This document shows, one piece after another, positions 23,831 through 36,103 of a stretch of DNA of 40,881 nt (within the stretch, counting starts at the first letter, position 1; each line of letters starts with the position of its first letter). The notes below the pieces were generated by a model. It saw only the letters and a list, made by a program, of their open reading frames with translations, ran no database searches and was not told where the DNA came from. Source of the stretch: Octopus bimaculoides. Its lineage: Eukaryota. The stretch covers positions 4,147,507-4,188,387 of the forward strand of contig NC_068981.1 of assembly GCF_001194135.2 (NCBI RefSeq), written 5' to 3'. The translations under genes and the position numbers were made by a program.

Positions 23831-24547
23831 ATTTTGTTTTTTTCCCATCTGATCACCAGAATTAATGTTCCTCAGGAATTCCATCCCTGTTCATATTTTT
23901 GTCATTTTACTTGCAACAGTTTCAGCAAAATGTTAACCAACATCAATCTCACAGGTCTTGGAGGGTACTGCCCCTTCCTTCAGAATTGGTTAATTAAAAG
24001 AAAAAAAAAAATCTAAATAATGAATACAAGTCAATAGCATAACACCAGTTTTCAGGTTGTTTTTTTTTTCAAAATTTATTTCAACAAGCTATATTTAAAA
24101 ACAAGGCATTATTATTACTGTTGTTGTTGTTGTTTTGCCTTTACTTCACTTTATACAAGCTGTGCCCAAGTCTCAACCAGAGACCCATCAAGGGACAACA
24201 AGTTTCTGCATCTAAAGATGCAAACAGGAGAGGTGTCATGCAATTGAAAAACTGATGTATGTGTAAAAAAAAAAAATTCTTTTTTAAAAAAATTATAACA
24301 ATAATGTGTCAGATTGCATTTACATGGAGAAGAAATTATTATTATTATTATTATTATTATCATTATTATTATTATATAAAGCAGAGCAGTGGGAATAGCT
24401 TACAACAGATATATGAGGGTGATGGCGGTGAAAAAGGTATAGAAAAATATGAGAATTTTAATTGTAATACATCTATTAGTTCAAAAATTAATTTTTACAT
24501 AGATTTAGACAAAATTAGTTTTAGTTCCTCTCACTCATTCTGAAAAA

Positions 24548-24912
24548 TACATTACAATGTCATCACTCCCAAATTATATTATGAGGTCATAAGTCATAAT
24601 TCCTAAATTACATTATGATGCCATAAATGTGCTGAGCTCCCAAAGTACATTACTACATCATAAATAGGTTATAATTCCTAAATTACATTATGGTGTCATA
24701 AATATCTATCATAACTCCCAAATTACCTTGTCATAAATGAGGTCATAAGTCCTAACCTACATTATGATGTCATAAATGTGTTAAACTTCCAAACTACATT
24801 ACTATGTCATAAATAGGTCATAATTCCTAAATCACATTATGATGTCATAAATATCTATCGTAACTCCCAAATTACCTTACAATATCGTAAATATAGGTTA
24901 TAACTTCCAAAC
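24548..24912. repeat. Degenerate ~36-40 bp minisatellite with ~149-bp higher-order period
   Basis: Unit ~CATAATTCCTAAATTACATTATGATGTCATAAATAGGT; CATAAATGTG at 24622 and 24771 starts two longer matching blocks. Confidence 0.85.
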
Positions 24913-26667
24913 ACTAATTATATAACATAAAATGAAAACATGTTTATTTTATCTAAGATTTACTTTGACAGATTTCTCAACAATGCCATGTCTCTTCTGG
25001 TGGCTGCCAAAAGAAGGAACCGAATCATTTCAAAGACAAAATGAATTTAATCAACATTATCTATGAAACCATTGTATCCAAGAAATCTGTTTCACTCACT
25101 TCATGGAAACTTCCTCAATCTTTAGTCAAAATCAGAGTTCCCACAAAAAACAATTATGGATTGTAATTATCTGAAAATTAGAAGATAAACGTGGAGTAGA
25201 GAGAGCGTGTTGTTGATTAGGTCACAGATGGTGATGAAAGGAGTGACAAACATAACCGGTTGACTGATTGATCATATGATTAATCAAACACTCAGTTAAT
25301 TGGTTAAATGGTTAACAAGTTGATTAATAATAACAATAATAAAAGAAGTGAAATAAAACCAGCATATGTGTATTTATTGGTATAATGACCCTCCCAAGAT
25401 AAAGCAAAATCTGTTTTAGAACATTGTTAATTGCAATTGTCCATCCATTTTGGACGAGAGAAACTTCACTTCATACATAAATGCTTTCTTAAACTGTTTA
25501 GTCTTGAGAGTCAAACATTTATTATCCATATATGAAAAAAACAAAAATACTTTTAAAAAAATGTTTTGACTCTTTGGTTACCAAATTTCTGTGTTTTAAT
25601 TACTTCTGAAAAATAATTAAGAATTTGAAAGGGTTTAATAAAATAATTAAGTTTTTTTATATTTTTTAATTAGTCTATTAAACTAGAGTTTAAAGCATAA
25701 CAAAAAATTCATTAAAAAAATTATGATGGAAGGTTTATATTTAGATATGAACATTTCAAAAGTTAGGGAGTTTTGGCCAAAAGTGGTCCCAGGAAGTCAA
25801 TAGGCCACTTTGGGCTATTCAATTAATATTTAATATTTTACCAGACATAATTACGTGTAATGTGATTCAAAACAAAATGGCACTGCAATATTTGTAACGC
25901 ATATTGAACTTGTGCCACATTGACTCATCATCATCTTCCTTGACACACACACACATATACATTATAACTAAAAGACTCTGATTTCCAGTACTCCAAGTTA
26001 TTTCTGACCATCAGATAGTAATCTGAGCTTGGTTTTTCTTGAAATATCCACTGCCTGAATACCTTTTTGAAATGTGAAATGAAAAGCTTGAAGGAAACAC
26101 TTATCATTGTTCTTTCGTTTGAGAACGATATGTGTGAAAATGGCTGTTTCGAGATCAGGCTCCGGATTCCATTTCTGGTTCTCGTGGTAAGATTATTAAA
26201 AAACATCATAAACTCCATACAGTTGAAGTCACCAAATTGCATTGCTGTTTGAGCAATGTTCCAAAAATAATACTTTTGATTAATAACTTTAATTAATACT
26301 TTCCATTAATGTTTTTAAAAACGAGTGTGTATGCAGATGTTCATTTTGCATGCGCCTGCACAGACACGTAATATAAACACATAAACACTCATTAACACAT
26401 ACACACACATTTACTGAGCTACTCTGAGTACAGGAAATCAGCGCCTTTCAATGATAACATGATAGAGAATACTCTACACTTGTATTGAGTCCTTTAAATT
26501 ATAACTTCTGGTGAATCAAGAGATTTATACAAACACACAAACACATGTGCAATATAGAAGCTAGAAAAAGTCGTAACAGCCCCAGTAGGGTCCAGACACT
26601 GAGTTTGCTGTACCATCTGCTGTGCTAACCACACAAAAGCAACATTACAACTTTTGATCGCCTAAAT

Positions 26668-26955
26668 CAGTGGTTCCCAAATTTTTTCTGGCTGCTGCCC
26701 CCTTGGCACCCGGGCCTCATTTCTAGCACCCCCTCACCACCACAAATATAGACCACTTTCTGCAGCAAATTCTGAACAACTGTATTTCACAAATAAAACT
26801 TAGACCTAATTAATCTATTAATAGCTTTTTTTTTTTTTTTTGCATCTATCACCCCATTTCGGTGAACTCATTATCATCCCACTTTTCTTCAATGCTCCCC
26901 CTGAATCTTTCCACCGCCCCCAAGGGGGCAGAACTGCCCACTTTGGAAACCAATG
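26668..26955. mobile_element. hAT (Charlie-like) MITE
   Basis: TIRs CAGTGGTTCCCAAA / TTTGGAAACCAATG; 8-bp TSD GCCTAAAT (26660-26667) / ACCTAAAT (26956-26963). Confidence 0.8.
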
Positions 26956-27287
26956 ACCTAAATCAAAAGACAAAGTGGTGATGATGGCATATAAAGGATN
27001 NNNNNNNNNNNNNNNNNNNNNNNNNNNNNNNNNNNNNNNNNNNNNNNNNNNNNNNNNNNNNNNNNNNNNNNNNNNNNNNNNNNNNNNNNNNNNNNNNNNN
27101 NNNNNNNNNNNNNNNNNNNNNNNNNNNNNNNNNNNNNNNNNNNNNNNNNNNNNNNNNNNNNNNNNNNNNNNNNNNNNNNNNNNNNNNNNNNNNNNNNNNN
27201 NNNNNNNNNNNNNNNNNNNNNNNNNNNNNNNNNNNNCATCAAATTGTGATATGTTGAAATCATTTAATACGTATGGTTCGGGTTTGT

Positions 27288-27665
27288 GGCGCAGGAGTGG
27301 CTGTGTGGTAAGTAGCTTGCTTACCAACCACATGGTTCCAGGTTCAGTCCCACTGCATGACACCTTGGGCAAGTGTCTTCTACTATAGTCTCGGGCCAAC
27401 CAAAGCCATGTGAGTGGATTTGGTAGACGGAAACTGAAAGAAGCCCGTCGTATATATGTGTGTGTGTCTGTCCCCCACCACTATAGCTTGACAACTGATG
27501 GTGGCATGTCTATGTCCCCATAATTTAGTGGTTCGGCAAAAGGGATTGATAGAATAAGTACTAGGCTTACAAAAAATAAGTTCCAGGGTTGATTTGTTCA
27601 ACTAAAAGGCAGTGCTCCAGCATGGCAGCAGTCAAATGACTGAAACAAGTAAAAGAATAAAAGAA
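27288..27665 (+). mobile_element. SINE family 1, full-length copy
   Basis: GGCGCAGGAGTGGCTGTGTGGTAAG...GAAACAAGTAAAAGAATAAAAG. Confidence 0.85.
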
Positions 27666-28092
27666 AATATATGTGTGTGTGTGTGTGTGACCCCTTGTCT
27701 TGTCAGCATGTGATTGTTGTAAATAAACTGCTCCATTATAAAAGCAATGTTTTTCCTTTCTAGTATTTTGTGAAAAACATGCCTGGCCATGGAGAAATAT
27801 TACCTGGCTTTGAAACAGGTGAAAGTTGGTGACAGGAAAAACATCCAGCTGTATAAAATGCATAGCAACAAAATCTGACTGACCCATGCAAGCATAGCAA
27901 TGTGGACGTGTGCATGTGTGTTTACATTTGTGTTTTTCCAAACAAAAGTGGCAACTTTGTTGACATTTCCCCTGGTAGCAGATTGTCTGCTGGATTTTCA
28001 TCTTTAAAGATATGTGGATGAGGAGATCCCTTACTTGAAAGACAAGCAAGGGTTAGCAGCAGGAGTGGCATCTGGATATAAAAACAAGGTCT

Positions 28093-28132
<40 letters not shown>

Positions 28133-28254
28133 CCTCTAACACATGCTAGCATGGGAAAACAGACATAAATCAAAATGCTATAATACTCTAGTCAATATAT
28201 ATGGTGCCATCCAAGGTAGTGAGTTAGCAGAACTGATAGCATGGGCAAAATGCT

Positions 28255-28530
28255 TACTCTTTTACTTGTTTCAGTCATTTGACTGTGGCCATGCTGGAGC
28301 ATCGCCTTTAGTCGAGCAAATTGACCCCCAGGACTTATTCTTTGTAAGCCTAGTACTTATTCTATCGGTCTCTTTTGCTGAACCGCTAAGTTACGGGGGA
28401 CGTAAACACACCAGCATCGGTTGTCAAGCGATGTTTGGGGGACAAACACAGACACACACATACATATATATAAATGCATATATACAATGGGCTTCTTTCA
28501 GTTTCCGTCTACCAAATCCACTCACAAGGC
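28255..28530 (-). mobile_element. SINE family 1, 5'-truncated
   Basis: Tail-to-body match on the - strand. Confidence 0.8.
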
Positions 28531-29000
28531 TTGAACTTGGATCGCTGAATTCAAAATCCAGAGTGCTAAACATTACATCAAAAATTGCTAAAATATTTTC
28601 TTTAGTAGAAATATAACCAATTTATTGCACATAAACTTTGGCAACAAAATCTTATATAGACCCCCCCACACACACACACACACACACCAAAGGCTTTGTG
28701 AGAATCACTGTGCTAAAGTGAAAAAGAGGGATCAAATGATCCAGTTCTCCCTCTCTGGATGCCTAACCTCATCACTTCCAATCTACTTCAGCTTCTTCAA
28801 TGGTAAAACAGGTATTGGCACAGCTTGTTGCTTTCATTGACGAAAGTGTGTTTGTGTGGCAGGTATCGAGAGACAATGGACATTCCACTTCTCCCATAAA
28901 TATGTCTTGCATTGTCATCATTGTTCCTTAGATAAAAGATGCTAGGCATTAATAAACACCAATTTGAAACAGAAAACAGCAGCAGATCCACTGAAGATAT

Positions 29001-29460
29001 TTAAACCTTTTGATAGCAACCCATCTCAGACTGTTCATTGGTTTTTGTGATAGAAACTTCCTACTGTAAAGTGATCTAAATTTAAACCTTCCATCAAAAT
29101 TTAAAATTCCTTGTTAATACACGTTTCAAACACCAGTTCAATAATAAAGGATTTTTTTTTTCATAAATTCTTCATTATTTTAAAATTGATTGAAATAAAA
29201 GGCTGTGTACTTCAATAAAAAAATATGGTAACTAACAGGTTAAAGTGATCTAAATTAAAATCGTCCATCAAAATTTTTTTCTTAATTTATGTCCCAGCTT
29301 AATAACGACAAAGTTATTTTGCTAAATCTTTTGTTGTTTTGAAAATTAAATAAAAACAAAGGTAGTATATTTTAACAGAAATTATAGTAACAAAGGGTTG
29401 TACTGTTCTAAATTAAAACCTTCCATCGAAATTTCATAATTTATGCTTCATTAAAATTAA
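29001..29460. repeat. TTAA-ended MITE-like unit followed by ~175-bp tandem partial copies
   Basis: TCTAAATT.AAA..TTCCATC.AAAT recurs at ~29075, ~29248 and ~29408. The same family is at ~21020-21340, ~25715-25750 and ~38815-38960. Confidence 0.65.
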
Positions 29461-29707
29461 CATGAAATATTAATGGAAATATAATAAAAGGATTAAAGCA
29501 GTATCTATTGGTAGCAGAACCAAGATCAAAATGCTATCTGTTGCTCCTTTACCATCTCAAATTATTGCTTTTAATATTTTACATATTATATAATAATATA
29601 AATATATTTCATTTATATTATAAATATATTTATAATATTTTATGTTAAAATCTTTGCAATTATTTATAAATGTTAAAATTTATTTATAATTCAACCAGGA
29701 GTTAATC

Positions 29708-30048
29708 CAGTTCTATATTTAAGAGATGAGGAATTATTTACATTATTTACATTTGATGGATATTTGTCCTCATCTTCTTTGTTGTTAACACGTTTCAGCT
29801 GAGGCACTCTTCAGCGTTCATCAGGTGTCTTGGGGAAATTTCGAACCTAGGTTCTCATTCCTAAGGCCTTTTTTGATGTTATTATTAATTATTATTATTC
29901 AGGTCACTGCCTGGAATCGAACTCGGAATTTTGGGGTTAGTATCCAGTGCTCTTATACCATATGCCTGTGGGCCCATGGGCATATGGCGTAGTGGTTAAG
30001 AACGCAGGCTATTAACCCCAAGATTTTGAGTTTGATTCCAAGCAGTGA

Positions 30049-30080
<32 letters not shown>

Positions 30081-30223
30081 TCAAAAAATACCTTAGGAAT
30101 GAGAACACAGGTTTGAAATTTCCCAAAGACACCAGATGAAGGCTGAAGGGTATATCAGCCGAAATAATTGGTCTATCAACAAACAAGATGAGGACAAATA
30201 TCCGTCAAATGTAAATAAAGTAC
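29708..30223. mobile_element. Head-to-head tRNA/hammerhead element, locus D (both arms near full length, spacer-less centre GGG|CCC 29970-29975)
   Basis: 265-nt and 251-nt reverse-complementary arms, flanked by CAGGAGTTAAT (29696-29706) and CAGGAATTAAT (30223-30233). Confidence 0.9.
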
Positions 30224-32129
30224 AGGAATTAATAATATCAATTTTCGTATTGAAAGAAAATTTAAAACTTTATCAATTTAATATGATCTGGACTCTATAA
30301 GAAGAAATATCTCAAGAAATGTCAAAACTATGAGAAGAAAAAAAAAAACAAAGCTTCCAGAATTGTCTGAATTAGATCTCGGTTTTGAATTTCATAAATA
30401 AAATCACTTTACTTCATTCTGGGCAAATAAACTCCTGATTTATGGAACTCCTTTTATAGACATTTTCATACGTAAATTGCAATTCATTCCTCTTCAATAA
30501 AAACAGAGTTTTATCTTTAAATATTATATTTAAGAATAAAAATAGGAACAGCTTTCAAAAGTTGCCTTTGTATGCATTTTATTTTCCATATTTTATTAAT
30601 TAAATATTTGTAAGTAAAGTTTCCTTTAAAATTATTTCTTGTTCTAAAATAGCCATAGAATTTTTTAATATAACAAACTTTATATTTTCTAGACAAAGAG
30701 TTGGAACTAAATTTAATGAAATATTAGGAGAAAAAAAATTATAAATTCCGAAATATGAATAAGAATACTATTTCTGTTTAATATCTATTTAACATTTACT
30801 TAACATACGTTAAACAATCTGTTTAACACCTTGTTAATATCTGTTTTACATCTGTTTAACATGGTGTCAAGTTTATAGAAAGTAATTTGTTAATGAATCA
30901 AATTTAGTGCGAAATCCACAACTATTTCTAAGAAATATTTCTATTTTCTGGCTTATCAAAAATCTTAAACATATTTTATTGAGTAATAAAATCTTAAAAA
31001 GAATTGATCAGACACAAAGGTCAATAAAATTGAAATAATTTCTTTTTTATAAATGTCTTCCAGCAAAATTTCTGTAACACACACACACACACATCCCCCA
31101 CACATACAATTTGGAATGTTCTCTTTATTCTACCAGTTCTGCATTCTTCAGTAAACTTTTATACACCCACACACACAAAAACAAACAAACAAAAACCCAG
31201 TACCAATTTGGTGAATTATTTACAAAAAATAAAACAATTTTTCTTTCTTGTAGCAGTGCAAAATATTTTGTTTTGTAATGAAAACAAAATATGCTAATTA
31301 TTCTTGTAAAAATTTTTTCTTTAAATGCTCATATTTTGAAAATAAAACAAACTATTTTGCAGACAAAACATCGCAGAAAAAGAAATGCGAGATGTTCTTA
31401 TTAAAGGCTTAAAGAAAAGCTTCTGGCATTATAATTTCACAGTAGTATTTTAGCATTGAAGATTTTTACCATATTTTTTTTAAAATACAGTTCCGTCATT
31501 ATTGTTTATAATATACAAGTGTAGAGATTATTACAAAATAGGTAAGAGAAAGAATTCTATCTCACTGATACCAACTTTGTTAATTATGAATCATGATCAC
31601 AGCAGCTAAGTTATGGAAGATAATTAAGAGAAAGAGATTTCTCGAGTTGACATCTCATGTCTTTGAGTCATTGCTTTTGAATTGGCGCTGATATATTTGA
31701 AATAACTTGTGTGTAATATCCCTTATACCAAAAACCGAATATTCTGAAAGATAATAAGAACATTTTTGTTATTTGTGACAAAAGCAGTATTAGTTCAAAC
31801 TAGCAATCTGCGTATCATACTTAAAATAGACACATCATTGAAAGTCAGCTAAACTGTGCTGTACATCTTGAGAAATCTGTCAGCTATCAGATACAATAAG
31901 GCATCTAGCTGCTGCCCCCTCTAACAGCTCCCTTATTCCTCTGCCCAGCATCAGTAATTTCATTAACCAACCCCGGAAAGGAAGACGGGTAAAGTTGACT
32001 TCAGTGCAATTTGAACAAAGACTGTAGGGAATCAGAATAAGCAAATGCTGTGAGATGCCACAGGGATAACCTACAAAGGTCATGGGGTCACCCCATGCAC
32101 CCTCCTTGACCAACTTATAAAACATCATA

Positions 32130-32540
32130 ATCATCATCATCATTCAATATCCATTTTCCATGCTGGTAGGGATTGGAAGGTTACAGAGGAGCTGGCAAGC
32201 CAGACGACTACCCCAAGTGCCAACGTCTGCTTTCGCATGGCTTCTATGACTGGAGGCCCTTCCTAACACCAACAACTTTACAGAGTAGACCGAGTGCAGT
32301 TTCTTTTTATGGCACCAACAACAGTGGGATCACTAAGTAACTTACAAGACAAGGCCCCTTGACAGTGGGGTGCAGTATTGAGGCAGGTGGCGCCATGTCA
32401 GGTTTAAAAAGACTAATGTAAGAAAGAGGGACAAGAACAGGTGTCTTGAGTAGCAGACCCCCGTGGTGACCCCAGTTGCTAAGGAAAGAGGCGTCAGGGT
32501 GTCCCCTCTTGTTACAGGGAGGTGGATATAAGAGAAGTGG
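32130..32540 (-). mobile_element. RTE-tail repeat with purine-rich 5' extension
   Basis: (CAT)n terminus plus family motifs. The extension GTAACTTACAAGACAAGG...AGGTGTC is shared with the copy at ~39270-39390. Confidence 0.6.
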
Positions 32541-32730
32541 TACAGGTAGGTAAGTAAGTTCATATTACATTATATAAATAATCAAAAGTTTTCTGCTATC
32601 ATTACTAATAATTTTTATAGAATTTACTAAAAATGAGAACATCATGGGACCTAAAAGTCCAGCTGACCAGCTCAAGTTTAAAGCTCATTTGGTCAGTATT
32701 TTATATCTGTCAAAATAACAAAAATTGAAA

Positions 32731-32824
32731 ATTATTATTATTATTCAGGTCACTGCCTGGAATTGAACTCGGAATCTTGGGGTTAGTAGCCCGCATTCTT
32801 AACCACTACACCATATGCCCATGG
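32731..32824 (-). mobile_element. Solo tRNA-like head of the hammerhead element, locus E
   Basis: Reverse complement reads CCATGGGCATATGGTGTAGTGGTTAAGAATGCGGGCTACTAACCCCAAGATTCCGAGTTCAATTCCAGGCAGTGACCTG(AAT)n; no 3' part. Confidence 0.85.
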
Positions 32825-33676
32825 ACATTATAAATAAAAATAGATACAGTGTTCTTAAGCATAAAATGTTATTTTCACAAATATTATTTTCGGCAAAAAT
32901 AAACCAACACAATCAATATCAAAACATTTTTTAATAAAAATTAGTCAATTTATAAAGAATTGTTAGGTTTTTAGTTAAATGCACTGAGAAAAGAAAAGCT
33001 ATAATTACCATATTTGGTGGCATATAAGATACAGTTTTCCTCCCTCAAAACAACATACCCCTGGGTTCTATATGTGGAATTAGGTCTATATAACATGCTT
33101 TCGAAAGGGACTAAAAAAAGGCTCCTTCCCAAGCTGTAGATTCATAGGGTTGGTTTCTTGGATTCTGTAGTGTATATATTCCCTCCCTGGGCCGTGGTCT
33201 GTCACAAGATTACTCACTTTTGCCAGCTGAGTGGGCTGGAGCAATGTGAAAGGAAGTGTTTTGCTCAAGAACACAACACACTGCGCAGGCCAGGAATCGA
33301 AACCACAGTCCTATGATCATAAGTGCAACACCTTAACCAAAAAGCCATGCACCTCCACATTAAATACTTGAACTTTTTTCTTCTTTCAATGGATTCAGGT
33401 GTAGAGCTGCAGCCATGTTGGAGCAGTACTTCAATGCACCAAAAATGCACCCTGAATATATGCTACTGAAATTAGGGAGCATCTGAGTTTCAGCTAGAGT
33501 ACAAAGCAACAAAGTACAAAGCAACAGAATAGCAGCCAACATTTTTTGTACCATAATTTGAAATGATAATAATTAGTTAAGGTATTAATTAAGAGAGAGG
33601 TTTAACAGCAAGATGGGAAGTTAAACATGAAGAAGATCGAAGCAGGGGAAAAGAAAAACAAATGCCTAATGATGAA

Positions 33677-33830
33677 AGTGACTGTGTGGTAAGAAACTTG
33701 CTTCCCAACCAGATGGTTTGAGGTTCAGTGCCACTACGTGGCACCATGGGCAAGTGTCTTCTACTATAGCCTTGGGCCGTCCAAAGCACTGTGAGTGGAT
33801 TTAGTAGACAGAAACTGGAAGAAGCCTGTC

Positions 33831-33874
<44 letters not shown>

Positions 33875-34099
33875 GTATACATATATATACACGTGTGTTT
33901 GTGTGTGTGCGTCCGTTTGTTCCCCACCATCGGTTGACAACTGATGTTGGTGTGTTTATATCCCTGTAACTTAGCAGTTCAGCAAAAGAGACCGATAGAA
34001 CAAGTACTAGGCTTACAATGAATAAGTCCTGGGGGTCGATTTGTTTGACTAAAGGTGGTGCTCCAGCATGGCTGCAGTCAAGTGACTGAAATGAGTAAA
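33677..34099 (+). mobile_element. SINE family 1, full-length copy with long (TA)n
   Basis: Head, CORE-like segment and tail all match. Confidence 0.85.
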
Positions 34100-34329
34100 C
34101 GACCAAGTGTTAGTAATGAGGAAATGTGAGAAGAGAAATCAAGATGTCAATGGGAGTAAGTTCGTTTGGAAGAAACTGACGAGTTGGCATTAAACAGAAG
34201 TTGATGAGGTAAAAGAGTGAGGGTGAGAGGAGAAGAGGAGAGAGTCGGGGTGGGGTGAGTTGGGAGGGGGAGGAGACATGTACAGTGACTGTGGAAGTGA
34301 GAAGCAGGGAGAGGAAACCGAAACAATTG

Positions 34330-35060
34330 TGGTTTCTGACCTGTTGTTTAGAAGTTCTTTTGGGTAAGATTAAGGTTGTTTGTGTTCAGTAGCAGAAATG
34401 GCCCTGTCCCATGGATATGAGCCCTTACTGCATTGTGGATCATATATGATAGTAGTCTTATATTTGTGTGTCGGAGAGGAGGGAATTGCCAAGAAAGGTC
34501 ATCAGAGTTTGTGAGATCTATTCAACAATTTTAGGTGTTTGGTGATTAATGTGTATTGAAGGTTAGGTTGAAGACTGTTCTCTTGGATTATGTAGTCACC
34601 AAGAGCTTGGGTTGTTGAAAGATATGAGGTTACCAGTCTTCAATGGTCATTGTTTATGGAGGCAGGAGTTGTTTACGTTGGTGATTGGTGGGAAGTGTTT
34701 AGAGTGGCATCTGGTGAAGGTGTTTAGCTTGATGTTTGGCAGGAGGTGTTTAGACTGGTGCTGGGCGAGAGGCATTTGGATTACTGCCTAGAAGGTGTTT
34801 AGGATGGTATCTAGCAGGAAGTGCTAATGTTTGGCTCCAGCATGCAAATGTGTGACATGTTAAAGCAAGCTTCTCAGGTAAATCGAAAGCCATCATCAAA
34901 TAGGAAAGTCAGACATTAAGAGTGGAAGAGTTTGAAGTAGATAAGAACTTACCGACCCTGAGATGGAGGAAGACCAAATACAACGAAAGGCCGAGAAATA
35001 GGACCTTTCCTGAACCATGTCGGAAGAATGGTGACAAGGACTGGAAGAAGGCCTTCATTC
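34330..35060 (-). pseudogene. Possible highly decayed Penelope-like element ORF C-terminus
   Basis: Scattered, frameshifted motifs in PLE order: KVLFLG..VGKFL, NISTSC, C..KQ*PL, DYYHI*S, FC, LLNNRSE; weak. Confidence 0.3.
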
Positions 35061-36103
35061 TTTCTATCAGTGACAGCATCACATTCTGCTCTTCTTCTGA
35101 AAGACAGATTGAAATATTCTGCCCATTAACAGTTTGTATATTGCAAAAAGGAAATAGAAACACATTCACACACAAATAAATATATAAACATATATAAATA
35201 AATAAATAAATGTGTGTGTGTGTGTGTTCTTGTTTCAGTCATTAGACAGGCCATGCTGGGGCACCGCTTTGGATAAGTGAGATGCTTACAGCACCTACGT
35301 TTCCCAAGCAGTCACCCATCCAAGTACTATCTAAGCTTCACGTTGCTTACCTTCAGTGATCAGATGAGAACTGGTGCATTCTATCTATACCCAGGGTGCA
35401 TCAGTTTTTTGAGGACATCTCTTTCAAGAGCTCTAATGTTCTTCTGGCTTACTTTTTTTTTTTTTACCTTACTTTTCTGATAAATAATATCAGGTATCAG
35501 GTTGACTCAGCCAATGAAAGGGCTGTAATTGCTGTTTTGAGAGCACAGCATGATAACACAGAGATTGACCACTTATTGAAAGTTGTCCAATCTTTCATTA
35601 GCAAAGTTCAAAAGGAGTTGGAAGCTGCCGACAGGGATCTAAAATGAGCGGCTAAATGCAAAATGCATGCATAGGGTCCTAATACAGTCAGAACACTTAA
35701 CTTTGTACAAAATGTCCAAGAAATAATTGATAAAACTCCAGAAAGTCAATCACAGCTATTGCAAACGACCTCAAGTTTTCAGAATGGACCATCAGAAGAG
35801 TTGTGTATGAAGACATCCAGTTCGGTTGCATGTGATGTGGAGGGGTCAGTTCAAGTGAGATGAGGCAAGAGAGAATCATTGAATCTGGGCAAAATGCAGG
35901 TTAAAGAAGTCAAAACACCAACAGATTGAAATGCTTTGGTTTTTCTCCGATGAGAGAAATTTCAATCAGGATTAAAAGGCAAACTGAGGGAACAACAGAT
36001 GGTCATGCAAAGACCAAGATAAGGTTTCAAAGGTCATGCATACTAAGCCCCTAGCAACTGTGAAGGTTCTATGGTTCTGGGAGTTGTCAACAATACAGGA
36101 GAT

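Noticed and set aside
24548-24912. CRISPR-like repeat-spacer appearance
   Set aside because: Units are degenerate, the 'spacers' are homologous to each other, there are no cas genes, and the context is eukaryotic.
25931-26252. Opposing ORFs of 103 and 61 aa
   Set aside because: No homology recalled, no clear splice pair; AT-rich chance ORFs are plausible.
31360-31541. Plus-strand exon-like pieces (QNIAEKEMRDVLIKGLKKSFW; PSLLFIIYKCRDYYKI with AG|GTAAGA)
   Set aside because: No recognisable protein, an implausibly short spacing with a weak donor, and no partner exons found.
33360-33554. Minus-strand ORF with a signal-peptide-like start (MLAAILLLCTLLLCTLA)
   Set aside because: The hydrophobic stretch comes from a 15-bp tandem duplication, the 3' part resembles a SINE tail fragment, and there is no convincing donor or homology.
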